Source of the DNA: Candidatus Woesearchaeota archaeon
GTDB taxonomy: Archaea; Nanobdellota; Nanobdellia; SCGC-AAA011-G17; GW2011-AR17
Length of the DNA: 64,000 nucleotides
Reading direction: 5' to 3'
Assembly: GCA_964411565.1 (NCBI GenBank)
Contig: CAYPLB010000004.1
Coordinates: 32,500 to 96,499 of the forward strand
Position numbers and translations under genes: made by a program
Notes under the pieces: generated by a model
Told to the model about the DNA's origin: nothing
The model's database searches: none
The model's input: the letters and a program-made list of their open reading frames with translations, nothing else
Part shown: one piece after another, positions 1 through 9,683 of the stretch
Layout of the letters: every line of letters starts with the position of its first letter
Position numbering within the stretch: position 1 is the first letter of the stretch

Positions 1-659
1 TCTGATTTTGTTGCTTTATCAATAATATCATTAAATTGACCTACTAAGTTAGTACTTTCAAACTCAGAACCTTTCAAAGCATCTAATGCTTGAGAGATAT
101 ATTTCTTTTCGTTAACTTCACCATTTAATAATTTTCTAGTTAATTTTACAGATTTTCTTGATAACTTCAAATCTTTAGAATATTGTTTTTTTAGTAAAGT
201 AAATTCTTCATCTTCTCTTTCTATGTCTTTTGTTAATTTATCTAATATAGATCTAAGACCTTCTTTTAATGAAGTTATTTTTTCAGGATCAGCTTGAGTT
301 CCTTTAGCAAGTTCTTTTTCTTCATCACTAACCAAACTCTCAGCACTAGATAATTCTTCATCTATTTGTTTGTCTTCAACATCAGTAGCTTGCTCTCCAG
401 CTTTCTCTTTTTCTCCTCTATCTAAAGCTGATTTAAAATCACCTAAAAGAGAACCAGAAGATTTTAAATTGTAATTAGCAGAAGAAACAGCATCCTTAGA
501 TAAACCTAGAATTTTAAAGATTAATTGAAAAGGGAAAGCTATTATTTTTACCAATATCCCTAAGATACCAACCTTATAAGAAATAACAACTATAGCAATA
601 AATAGTCCAACCATTACAGGTAAAAATAGTTGTGTTGGAATTAAATCTAATAATGACAT
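1..659 (-). CDS. Hypothetical protein, N-terminal TM segment plus acidic helical/coiled-coil region (truncated by window edge)
   Basis: Manual translation from ATG at 659 (MSLLDLIPTQLFLPVMVGLFIAIVVISYKVGILG...) stays open to position 1; divergent from lig; not in the ORF track. Confidence 0.75.
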   Translation of the reverse strand, partial: MSLLDLIPTQLFLPVMVGLFIAIVVISYKVGILGILVKIIAFPFQLIFKILGLSKDAVSSANYNLKSSGSLLGDFKSALDRGEKEKAGEQATDVEDKQIDEELSSAESLVSDEEKELAKGTQADPEKITSLKEGLRSILDKLTKDIEREDEEFTLLKKQYSKDLKLSRKSVKLTRKLLNGEVNEKKYISQALDALKGSEFESTNLVGQFNDIIDKATKS

Positions 660-698
660 CACAAATCTTATATATTTATGAGTTTATAATTATTTCTA

Positions 699-2429
699 AT
701 GGAGTATCTAAAATTAGCAAAGTTGTATGAAGAGATTGAAAACACTTCTAAGAGAATAAAAAAAACAGAAATATTGTCAAATTTTTTAGAAAAAGTTAAG
801 AAAGAAGATTTGAAAGATGTTGTTTATTTGTTACAAGGAAGAGTTTTTCCGCAATGGGATGAGAAGAAAATAGGGATGAGTTCTAAGTTATTAGTAAAAG
901 TTATTGAGAAAGCTAGTGGAGAAAGTACAAAAAAAATTGATGCTATGTGGAATCAAGAAGGTGATCTTGGTTTAGTAGCTGAAAAATTAATGGTTAATAA
1001 AAAACAAAATACTTTGTTTAGTAAGAAATTAAATTTAAAGAAAGTAATTGACAATATTTCTAAATTAACCGAAATGGAAGGTGAAGGTACAGTAAATAGA
1101 AAAGTTGGTTTGGTAGCTGAATTATTAAGTTCTGCAAGTGCATTAGAAGCAAAATATATTGTGAGAACAGTTACTGAAACTTTAAGGAGTGGAATTGGAG
1201 ATAGTTTAGTAAGAGATACTTTAGTGTGGACTTATTATGAAGGAGCAAAAGAAATTATTATTGAGGATAAGGATAGAGAAGAGTTTAAAATTTATGTAAA
1301 AGAAGTGCAAGCAGCATTTGATGTTACAAGCGATTGGGGAGAAATTGCTATTACATTAAAAGAAAATGGAAGAAAAGGAATTGAAGAATTATCATTGAAA
1401 GTTGGAAAACCAATAAAAGTTATGCTTTATCCAAAGGCAAAAGATATCGAAGAAGCTTTTGAAACTGTTGGAAAGCCTGCAATGATTGAAGCAAAAATAG
1501 ATGGGTTTAGAGTACAAATTCATAGAGATAAAGATGAAGTTAAATTATTTACAAGAAGATTAGAAAATGTTAGTAAACAATTTCCAGATGTTATAAAAAT
1601 TGTAAAAGATTATGTTAGGTCAAAAAATGTTATATTAGATACAGAAGTTGTTGGTATTGATAAGGATACTAAAAGACCTGTACCATTTCAAAAAATTTCT
1701 CAAAGAATTAGAAGAAAATATGATATAGAAAAGTTAGCTAAGGAATTACCAGTTGTTGTAAATGTGTTTGATGTAATAGAATTAAATGGAGAAAGCATGT
1801 TGGAAAAACCTTTAGAAGAAAGGAAAAAGAAATTAAAAGCAGTTGTGAAAAATGAAGAAAATAAAATTGAAATTTTAGAACATATACTAACTTCAGATTT
1901 AAAGAAAGCTAAAAAATATTATTTAGAATGTTTGGATAAAGGATTTGAAGGAGTGATGATGAAAAGTGTTGAAGGAATGTATAAACCAGGAAAGAGAGTA
2001 GGACAAGGAGTAAAAGTTAAACCTGTAATGGAACCTTTAGATTTAGTAATTGTTGAAGCAGAATGGGGTGAAGGAAAAAGAGCAAAGTGGTTGAGTAGTT
2101 TTACAGTAGCTTGTAGAGATGGAGATAAATTTTTAGAAATAGGAAAAGTAGGAACAGGAATAAAAGAAAAAAGTGAAGAGGGAGTTAGCTTTGAAGAATT
2201 AACTAATGAGTTGAAAAAAATAATAATATCAGAAAAAAAACGAAGTGTTAAAGTAAAACCAAAGGTTATTTTGGAAATTATTTATGAAGAAATACAAAAA
2301 TCTCCAAGTTATTCTTCTGGATTTGCTCTAAGATTTCCAAGAGTTCATATGTTGAGAGAAGATAAGGATATCGACGAGATTTCTACTTTAGGTGAAGTTA
2401 AAAAATTCTATAAAGATCAAAAAAAATGA
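699..2429 (+). CDS. lig: ATP-dependent DNA ligase
   Basis: KxDG motif (EAKIDGFRVQIH), EGVMMK, K-VGTG and ALRFPR motifs; N-terminal DNA-binding domain. Confidence 0.97.
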   Translation: MEYLKLAKLYEEIENTSKRIKKTEILSNFLEKVKKEDLKDVVYLLQGRVFPQWDEKKIGMSSKLLVKVIEKASGESTKKIDAMWNQEGDLGLVAEKLMVNKKQNTLFSKKLNLKKVIDNISKLTEMEGEGTVNRKVGLVAELLSSASALEAKYIVRTVTETLRSGIGDSLVRDTLVWTYYEGAKEIIIEDKDREEFKIYVKEVQAAFDVTSDWGEIAITLKENGRKGIEELSLKVGKPIKVMLYPKAKDIEEAFETVGKPAMIEAKIDGFRVQIHRDKDEVKLFTRRLENVSKQFPDVIKIVKDYVRSKNVILDTEVVGIDKDTKRPVPFQKISQRIRRKYDIEKLAKELPVVVNVFDVIELNGESMLEKPLEERKKKLKAVVKNEENKIEILEHILTSDLKKAKKYYLECLDKGFEGVMMKSVEGMYKPGKRVGQGVKVKPVMEPLDLVIVEAEWGEGKRAKWLSSFTVACRDGDKFLEIGKVGTGIKEKSEEGVSFEELTNELKKIIISEKKRSVKVKPKVILEIIYEEIQKSPSYSSGFALRFPRVHMLREDKDIDEISTLGEVKKFYKDQKK

Positions 2430-2587
2430 AATTTTCATCCAAAGATTTAGTGAAAATATAAATTATTTACTACCATCCATAGATAAGTTTATATATCAGT
2501 GTTCATTATTGTTGTCTGTTACAGTAACAATACGTAACATCTATTGGGGAATTGTAAAAAGGGAGATACCCTTGGAGGGAAAAAAAT

Positions 2588-3415
2588 ATGATCGTAAAAG
2601 AAGATTTTTTAAATAAGTTGAGACAACTTTTCAGCCTTAATCTTTATGAAGTAAGAATCTGGACTGCACTATTATCTAGAGGTGTTTCAACAGCAGGAGA
2701 ACTTTCTGAAATTGCAGACGTACCAAGAAGTAGAACATATGATGTTCTTGAAAGCTTGGAAAAGAAAGGATTTATTGTTATGAAATTAGGTAAACCTTTG
2801 AACTATATTGCTGTTGAACCACAAGAAGTTGTAGACAGATCAAAAAAATTAGTTCAGAAGCATGCAAAACATCATGTAAAAAAATTAGATAATTTGAAAG
2901 GTGGGGAACTATTGAAAGAATTAGATACTTTGTTTAAACAAGGTGTAGAATTTATTGAACCTTCAGATCTTTCTGGTGCTCTAAGAGGTAGACATAATGT
3001 TTATACACATATGGATACAATGATGAAGAATGCAAAAAAAAGTGTTTACTTAATGACTTCTGCAGAAGGTTTAACAAGAAAAGCAGAAGTTCTAAAAAGT
3101 ACTATGCAAAGCCTGGCAAAGAAAGGTGTTGATGTAAGAGTTGCAGCACCAATGACAAAAGAATGTGCAGCTGTTGCTAAAGACCTTATGAGTTTTGCAA
3201 AAGTTAAATCTGTTGATAAAATAAGCGCTAGGTTCTGTGTTGTAGATGATAAGGAAGTGATGTTCATGGTTATGGACGATAAAGAAGTTCATCCAAGTTA
3301 TGATGTAGGTATTTGGGCAAATACACCATACTTTGCATCAGCATTAAGTGGAATGTATACAATGGCTTGGAAAAATATGAAAGAAGGTTCTGTAGCATTG
3401 AAAGCACTTAAATAA
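2588..3415 (+). CDS. TrmB-family transcriptional regulator (wHTH plus effector-binding domain)
   Basis: LNLYEVRIWTALL...AGELSEIADVPRSRTYDVLESLEKKG TrmB HTH signature. Confidence 0.9.
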   Translation: MIVKEDFLNKLRQLFSLNLYEVRIWTALLSRGVSTAGELSEIADVPRSRTYDVLESLEKKGFIVMKLGKPLNYIAVEPQEVVDRSKKLVQKHAKHHVKKLDNLKGGELLKELDTLFKQGVEFIEPSDLSGALRGRHNVYTHMDTMMKNAKKSVYLMTSAEGLTRKAEVLKSTMQSLAKKGVDVRVAAPMTKECAAVAKDLMSFAKVKSVDKISARFCVVDDKEVMFMVMDDKEVHPSYDVGIWANTPYFASALSGMYTMAWKNMKEGSVALKALK

Positions 3416-3418
3416 ATT

Positions 3419-4459
3419 TTATTTTTTTATTAATTTGTCTAGAATAATACTTCTTTGTTTTACAATTTCTGATTTTAAAGGTTTGAAATTTTTCTTGGAA
3501 AAAGTTCCAGGTCTTGCAGTGTACTTTGAAAGATTAACAACTTCAAATTCCATTTCTTCCAAAAGTTTCTTAGTTTCTAAAAAATCTTCTTCATTTTCAG
3601 TTGGATAACCAATGATAATGTCCGTAGCAATGTGAAGGTCTGGAATTTCTTTTCTTAATTTATTTACTAATTTTTTAAACTGTTCAATAGTATAGTTTCT
3701 GTTCATTTCTTTTAGAACTTTGTTTGATCCAGATTGTACAGGAATGTGTAAAAATCTCATAAACTTTTCATTTTTAAAAACTTCAATAAAATCATCTAAG
3801 AAAGTCAAAATGTGTTCAGGATTCATCATTCCAACTCTAATTATAAAATCTCCTTCAAGTTTTACTAATTCTTTAAGTAAACAAGCTAAGTTAGTTTCAA
3901 TATCAAAACCATAACAACCTGAATCTTGAGAAGTTAAGTTAACTCTTTGACCTTTGAAATTATTTATTGAATTTATAATATCATTAATAGGATAAGAAAC
4001 TAATTTACCTCTAGCAAATTTAGTTCCACAATAATGACAATCCCCTAAACAACCTTCAGAAATTGGAATAATCAATAAATCTTTATTATCCTGTTGAACA
4101 GGAAGTTTTAATTTGTTAATTTTGTCAGATGAAAAGTTTTCTTTGATCTCTTCATTAATTTGTTTTGGTAAATCCATAATTGTATTGGGATCAAAAACAC
4201 CTTTAACATTTTTAAGATTTTTTAGATCTAATATTTTAGGTAAGCAACCTCCAAGATAAACAGGTTTGTTTAATGATTCAATATAGAAAATTATTTTACT
4301 TTGAGTTTGATCTTTAACTCCACAAGAATTAACTATAATAATATCAGCTTTCTCCTCGGTATTTACAATTTCAAAGTCATTATTAGATAAAACTCCTTTT
4401 ATGTTTTCGGAGTCTCTTTTGTTGAATACACAACCAAAAGTTTTGACAAATATTTTCAT
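3419..4459 (-). CDS. mtaB: MiaB/MtaB-like tRNA methylthiotransferase (radical SAM), no TRAM domain
   Basis: UPF0004 N-terminus KTFGC..N, NSCGVK, GGC; CLGDCHYC; HIPVQSGS; likely ATG at 4459. Confidence 0.85.
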   Translation of the reverse strand: MKIFVKTFGCVFNKRDSENIKGVLSNNDFEIVNTEEKADIIIVNSCGVKDQTQSKIIFYIESLNKPVYLGGCLPKILDLKNLKNVKGVFDPNTIMDLPKQINEEIKENFSSDKINKLKLPVQQDNKDLLIIPISEGCLGDCHYCGTKFARGKLVSYPINDIINSINNFKGQRVNLTSQDSGCYGFDIETNLACLLKELVKLEGDFIIRVGMMNPEHILTFLDDFIEVFKNEKFMRFLHIPVQSGSNKVLKEMNRNYTIEQFKKLVNKLRKEIPDLHIATDIIIGYPTENEEDFLETKKLLEEMEFEVVNLSKYTARPGTFSKKNFKPLKSEIVKQRSIILDKLIKK

Positions 4460-4464
4460 AGAAA

Positions 4465-5037
4465 TCAAGGTTTTATAGATGGTTTAAAAAGGTTTTGTTC
4501 AAGCCTAAAAAATTCTTTTTCATACCCAGCTGGAAATGTAACATAAATCTTAGTTTTCAAATTAGTACCTTTCAAATATCTTAAAGCCCTTAACTTTTCA
4601 AGTTGCATAGCATCTTTACCAACTAATGCTGTGTAAATATGAATATCATTTAAAGTGTCTGACCTATGGGCTTTTTTTGAAGGATAAATATTTATCATGA
4701 AAGAATGACATTCCCCAAAATGAAGATTTTGACCTCTAATAGCATCAAGTAAATCAGAATATAAATATGGCAATTTTTCTAAATCTTCAAAAAATAAATT
4801 TACAGTTTCATAAGGAGTATAATCTTCTAAGTTTTCTTCTTTCTTAGAAAATAATCTTGAAAATAAACCTCTTTTCTCTGGTATTTTATGGATTATTGTT
4901 CCTGAAAAAATAAATCTTAAGGATTTTATTTTCTTTTCTTCTCTTAACTGTAATAAAAATAGATAAATTCTTTCTGCTATTGTATCAAAGTCTGTATTCT
5001 TGTAAACAATAGTATCTACTTCCTTAAGCTTAGCCAT
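4465..5037 (-). CDS. Hypothetical protein (paralog of 5075..5692)
   Basis: 190-aa ORF; shares motifs with its neighbour (see findings). Confidence 0.75.
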   Translation of the reverse strand: MAKLKEVDTIVYKNTDFDTIAERIYLFLLQLREEKKIKSLRFIFSGTIIHKIPEKRGLFSRLFSKKEENLEDYTPYETVNLFFEDLEKLPYLYSDLLDAIRGQNLHFGECHSFMINIYPSKKAHRSDTLNDIHIYTALVGKDAMQLEKLRALRYLKGTNLKTKIYVTFPAGYEKEFFRLEQNLFKPSIKP

Positions 5038-5074
5038 ATTTGTTTATAAGAAGATATAGTTTAAAAAGTTTCTG

Positions 5075-5692
5075 TTAAGCTACATCTTTATCAATTAAAG
5101 GATATAATAATAAGTTTTGAGTTGGTTCATCAATACTAATGTAAACAATTACATTACCATTAGATAATTTGTTACCTTCTAAATCTTTATAATGAGCTAA
5201 ATTAGATAAACCCTGAGCAGCTATTGAAGTAGTTATGTAAATTCTAATACTTTTTTTTCTTCTATATCTTTCATAATAAGATTTAAGGTCATTAGGAGTT
5301 TGATCTGTTAAATTAAAGGATACTGCAAAGTAAACTTCATGACAGTCACCAAAAGAAGGATTTGAAGATTTTGCAGCATTTAAGTGAGTAGTATAATCAA
5401 AATCTTTTAATTGTACTGAACCCATAGGAGAAATAACATAATCATATTTTTCATAACCTTTAGGAGCATTACCTTTAACTTTTGATTTTCCTAATAAGTT
5501 TGAAAAAAAACCTTTTTTTCGGTAATAGTTATATTTAGGATTTTTTGTAGTTCCATACAAAGTTATTTTTATGTCATTAATTGTCAATCTTTGTTCTGAA
5601 GTTAAGTAATTAATATATTCTTTTACTTCTTTGTATGCTTGAGAATCACAAATATTATCAAAATTTCCATTTGCAATAATTTTGTGTTCCAT
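5075..5692 (-). CDS. Hypothetical protein (paralog of 4465..5037)
   Basis: 205-aa ORF with TATA-like element upstream. Confidence 0.75.
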   Translation of the reverse strand: MEHKIIANGNFDNICDSQAYKEVKEYINYLTSEQRLTINDIKITLYGTTKNPKYNYYRKKGFFSNLLGKSKVKGNAPKGYEKYDYVISPMGSVQLKDFDYTTHLNAAKSSNPSFGDCHEVYFAVSFNLTDQTPNDLKSYYERYRRKKSIRIYITTSIAAQGLSNLAHYKDLEGNKLSNGNVIVYISIDEPTQNLLLYPLIDKDVA

Positions 5693-5728
5693 AAATGAAT
5701 ATGAAGCTAGAAGATTAATAAAGTTTTC

Positions 5729-6466
5729 TTATATTAATGGCCTTAAAACAAAATAAGGATAATCCTTTATTGAATCTATTTTATCTGAAACAATAACAGC
5801 TTCTGGATTCTCAGGCATTTTTTCAAGTTCTTTTATTCTAAAACCATATTCATACTCTTTTAATTTTGAATAGCCAATATCTTTTTCTTTGTAAACATCT
5901 AAAGAACAACCTCGCTTTAAAATTCTTAATCCTGCTTCAATAGAATCTTTATTTTGAAGTAAAAGAATTACATTTGAATCTGAGCCAACAGGTAAACCAC
6001 CAGCACCTTGATTAGTTTCTGTGTATAAATATGCAAAGTGATTAAATAATTCAACATTAATTTTGGTTTCTGGATTTTTTATATCAACAGGTGCATTTGT
6101 TTTTTCAATAATATAAGCACCAATCTCTGCAGCAAGTTCCATTGAATTTTTTAGAACTTTATCTGATCTTTTTACGAAAACTTTGAAAGTTCCTTTCTTG
6201 TAAAGTTTTAATGCTTCTTCCTTTATAGTTTGTAAATCTTGAGAATATCTTTTTGCATATGAAAAAGAAGCTATACCAAATACATTTTTTAATTGAGGAC
6301 ATTCTTTATCAGTATAAATCAATATTCTCCCTCTCATTCTTCTAACTTTTTCAAAAGGAATATTATTTCGCTTAATACAATCTTTAATATTTTCTCTTAA
6401 TTTTCTCTCAAAATCTACCCTATTCTTACCTTTGATTGCAATTTCAGCATATTTTACTATGATCAT
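5729..6466 (-). CDS. thiI: ThiI-like N-terminal half: NFLD/THUMP domain plus degenerate PP-loop remnant
   Basis: IVKYAEIAIKGKNRVDFERKLRENI, TFKVFVKR, GAGGLPVGS; SGGIDS replaced by QNKDS. Confidence 0.8.
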   Translation of the reverse strand: MIIVKYAEIAIKGKNRVDFERKLRENIKDCIKRNNIPFEKVRRMRGRILIYTDKECPQLKNVFGIASFSYAKRYSQDLQTIKEEALKLYKKGTFKVFVKRSDKVLKNSMELAAEIGAYIIEKTNAPVDIKNPETKINVELFNHFAYLYTETNQGAGGLPVGSDSNVILLLQNKDSIEAGLRILKRGCSLDVYKEKDIGYSKLKEYEYGFRIKELEKMPENPEAVIVSDKIDSIKDYPYFVLRPLI

Positions 6467-6526
6467 AAGATTGAAGAGAAATTTAGTGATATTTAAACTT
6501 GATGGTAAGATTTAAATAGAAGTTAT

Positions 6527-7222
6527 TTGAATTTTGAACTTATGGTTTTTGATAGATGTAAAGTCCAAGCAAGGGAATTATATTTAGAAAGTTATAGAAG
6601 AAATTCTAATGAAGAAAGAGATCTTGGAAGTAAAACTGAGAATGACCAATTAGTTTCTGAGGCATTAAGATATGGCATTTTGAATGGAAGACAAGGATTA
6701 TATCCATATGAAGTTGCTGTAATCTCATTAGAAGAATCTTTACACATGAGATTAGCAGAAGAACAAAGAGTTGAAGATGAAAGATATTTTTCAGACCTTG
6801 AAGTTATTAAGGAAGAAATAAATAAAAATTGGAAAAAACCATGCTGGGGAGGTACTACAATAGGAGTTTCAATTATTGATACAAATGAAAAAGTAATTTA
6901 TGATATTGTAGGAGATAATATCCATTACCAAAGTATGAGTACACTTTTAATGAGAATTAAAGAAAAAAGTAATGGTAATGGAATGATTAGTAATAAGAAA
7001 TATTTAGAATTAACAAAAAGAGAAGAAGATTTATGTTTTGGATTTTTTTATATAGATCAAGAAAAAGTTTTTCCAGGAGTAAAAACAAGGTGTATATTTC
7101 CAGATAAAATAGGATTTAATGATAGATATACAAATACTGAACTCGAAAAATTAAGAAATATGGCTTTAGAAGTAAGAAGAATTTTTGTTGTAGGTGAAAA
7201 GGTTATAGAACCTAAAAGATAA
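6527..7222 (+). CDS. Hypothetical protein
   Basis: 231-aa ORF (possible ATG start at 6542); no recognised motif. Confidence 0.65.
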   Translation: MNFELMVFDRCKVQARELYLESYRRNSNEERDLGSKTENDQLVSEALRYGILNGRQGLYPYEVAVISLEESLHMRLAEEQRVEDERYFSDLEVIKEEINKNWKKPCWGGTTIGVSIIDTNEKVIYDIVGDNIHYQSMSTLLMRIKEKSNGNGMISNKKYLELTKREEDLCFGFFYIDQEKVFPGVKTRCIFPDKIGFNDRYTNTELEKLRNMALEVRRIFVVGEKVIEPKR

Positions 7223-7335
7223 GATTTATAAACAGAACATTATTTTTCTAAACTATGAAATACTTAACTACAGACTCAGTAAGAAGGTCAGGTAGTTAGA
7301 ATTCTGTTAATAATTTATTTTTGGAGGTTTTTATT

Positions 7336-8277
7336 ATGAAAAAAGTTCAAGATTTTAAATGGAAAAAGAATATTACGGTTAAAGATTTAGTGAATGAGCT
7401 AGGTCATGTTGGGTTTCAGAGTATAGAATTGAATAAAGCTTCGGAAGTTTTTGTGAAGATGAAGAAAAATAATGCTAAGATTTTTTTAACATTTACTTCG
7501 AATATGGTTACTTCAGGATTGAGAGGATTCTTTGCACAATTGATAAAATTAGGAATAGCTGATGTTATTGTAACTACAGTTGGTGGTTTAGAAGAAGACT
7601 TTATGAAAGCTACTGGAGAAGAATTTAATATTGGAACTTTTAATAGTGATGATGTTGAATTACATGAACAAGGAATTAATAGAGTTGGTAATTTGACAAT
7701 CAATAATGAAAGTTATATGAATTTTGAAGATAAAATGTCTAGAATTTTACACAAGTTGTATGAAAAGAAGAAAAGATGGGCTGTTTCAGATTTATTGAAA
7801 GAAATAGGTTTAACATTAAATGATGAGAATTCTATTTTGTATCAAGCTGCAAAAAATGATATTCCAATATTTTGTCCTGCAATAACTGATGGAGCTTTTG
7901 GATTCCATTTGTATTTATTTCAACAGAACCATGAAGATTTTGTAGTGGATGTTGTGAAGGATTTTGGAAATATTTTATTGAGTACATCACATGATGAAAA
8001 GAAAGGTGTTATAGCTCTGGGTGGAAGCATTTCTAAGCATCATGCTATACTTTGTACTCTATTGAATGGAGGAGCTGAGTATGCAGTTTATATGACTACA
8101 GCGCAAAAGACTTCAGGTTCAATGTCAGGAGCTACAACTAATGAAGCAAAGTCTTGGGGTAAAGTGAAAGATGATTCAGATATTGCTACAGTTATAGGAG
8201 ATGTTACATTTACTTTCCCAATGGCAATGATTAGAGCTTTGGAAGTTTTAGATGAGGAGGGTTTAATTAATGCCTAA
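7336..8277 (+). CDS. dys: Deoxyhypusine synthase (or homospermidine synthase-like)
   Basis: FTSNMVTSGLR, TTVGGLEED, FCPAITDG, GSMSGA, EAKSWGK with catalytic Lys; SD GGAGG at 7323. Confidence 0.93.
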   Translation: MKKVQDFKWKKNITVKDLVNELGHVGFQSIELNKASEVFVKMKKNNAKIFLTFTSNMVTSGLRGFFAQLIKLGIADVIVTTVGGLEEDFMKATGEEFNIGTFNSDDVELHEQGINRVGNLTINNESYMNFEDKMSRILHKLYEKKKRWAVSDLLKEIGLTLNDENSILYQAAKNDIPIFCPAITDGAFGFHLYLFQQNHEDFVVDVVKDFGNILLSTSHDEKKGVIALGGSISKHHAILCTLLNGGAEYAVYMTTAQKTSGSMSGATTNEAKSWGKVKDDSDIATVIGDVTFTFPMAMIRALEVLDEEGLINA

Positions 8278-9298
8278 ATTTATTTTAGATAAAAATATTG
8301 TTTTAGAGAAATATAATGAAATTGAAGAAATTTGCGATTTAGTTTCATATAGTTCAAAAACAAATTCTTTAGTTACAAATATTTTAGAAGAAAAAAGTAA
8401 TTGTATGTTTAGTGTACATTTAGTAAATGAATTGAAGAATATAAAAGATAAATCAAGAGTTATATTTTTAGCACAAGGCTGGAATGAAGATGAAATAAAG
8501 GATTTAATTTCAAAAGGAATTGATTATTTTGCAGTTGATAATGAAAGAGATTTAGATATTTTATTAAAATTTTTAGAGAATTATGAAGAAAAAGTTAATT
8601 TGTTATTGAGATTAAAGTTAAAAGAACATAGCTTGAGAACTGAAAAATATTTTGTATTTGGAATGAGTTCAAAAGTGATTAATTCTAGAGTTAAAGAATT
8701 AAGAGAAAATTCTAAGATAGATAAATTAGGTGTGCATTTCCATAGAAAAACACAAAATATGAGTGAATGGAACCTTAAAGAAGAGATTTCTTTGGTACTT
8801 GATGAAGAGTGTTTGAAAAGTTTAGATTATATGAATATTGGAGGAGGTTTACCTTCAGTATATGCAAATACTAATGTGAAAGTTGTTGAAGGAATTAAGA
8901 AAAAATTGAAGGATTTTAGAGATTGGCTAAATTCTTATGAAATAAAAATGATTATTGAACCAGGGAGATATATTGCAGCTCCAGCAGTAAAATTAGTTAC
9001 AAAAGTTTTGAGAGTCTATGAAAATAATATTATTGTTGATGCTTCTGTGTACAATTCAGATATGGATGCTTTGATTGTTCCTGTGAAATTATTGGTAGAA
9101 GGAGAATTAAAGAAAGGAGAAGGAGAAGCATATGTAATTAAAGGTGTTACACCTTGTTCTATGGACCTATTTAGGTATAGAGTATATCTAAAAAATGTTA
9201 AAGAAGAGGATGAAATTGTTTTCTTGAATGCTGGAGCTTATAATTTTTCTACTGAATTTTGTGATCTGGAAAAGATTGAAGTTGAAGAATATCAATAA
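8270..9298 (+). CDS. PLP-dependent basic amino-acid decarboxylase (Orn/DAP/Arg, alanine-racemase fold)
   Basis: YSSKTN (PLP Lys), HFH, NIGGG, EPGRY, TPCSMD, NAGAYN; overlaps dys stop. Confidence 0.85.
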   Translation: MPKFILDKNIVLEKYNEIEEICDLVSYSSKTNSLVTNILEEKSNCMFSVHLVNELKNIKDKSRVIFLAQGWNEDEIKDLISKGIDYFAVDNERDLDILLKFLENYEEKVNLLLRLKLKEHSLRTEKYFVFGMSSKVINSRVKELRENSKIDKLGVHFHRKTQNMSEWNLKEEISLVLDEECLKSLDYMNIGGGLPSVYANTNVKVVEGIKKKLKDFRDWLNSYEIKMIIEPGRYIAAPAVKLVTKVLRVYENNIIVDASVYNSDMDALIVPVKLLVEGELKKGEGEAYVIKGVTPCSMDLFRYRVYLKNVKEEDEIVFLNAGAYNFSTEFCDLEKIEVEEYQ

Positions 9299-9683
9299 TA
9301 TCTTTTGTTGAATAAATAAGTATTTTATTTTGTTCTTTTAATTTTTTATCATTTGACCAAATTGGACAATTTAATTTCAAAGCTAATGCAAAATATAATA
9401 TATCATTTGGATCAGGTGAAATTTTTTCTGCTTTTTTTATAAAACAAGAATAATCTTCTTTAGGAATAATTATAATTATTTCTTTTAGAATATGAATAAT
9501 TTCAATAAATTCTTCTTTAGTTCTTTTTGTTTTCTTTAGAATATAATTTTCATATTTAAAAAATTCTTCAAGAATAAATTCAGGAGAATATAATTTTAGG
9601 TTATTCTTTAGCATTAATTCAGAAGTAAAACTATTTTTAATCAATGCAGAAAATAAAATATTTGCATCAATTACTAAGATCAT
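9249..9683 (-). CDS. PIN-domain ribonuclease toxin (VapC-like)
   Basis: LVIDANILFS, EEF, DPNDILYFALAL, IWSNDK acidic PIN tetrad. Confidence 0.9.
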   Translation of the reverse strand: MILVIDANILFSALIKNSFTSELMLKNNLKLYSPEFILEEFFKYENYILKKTKRTKEEFIEIIHILKEIIIIIPKEDYSCFIKKAEKISPDPNDILYFALALKLNCPIWSNDKKLKEQNKILIYSTKDIIDILQLQSFPDHKIQ

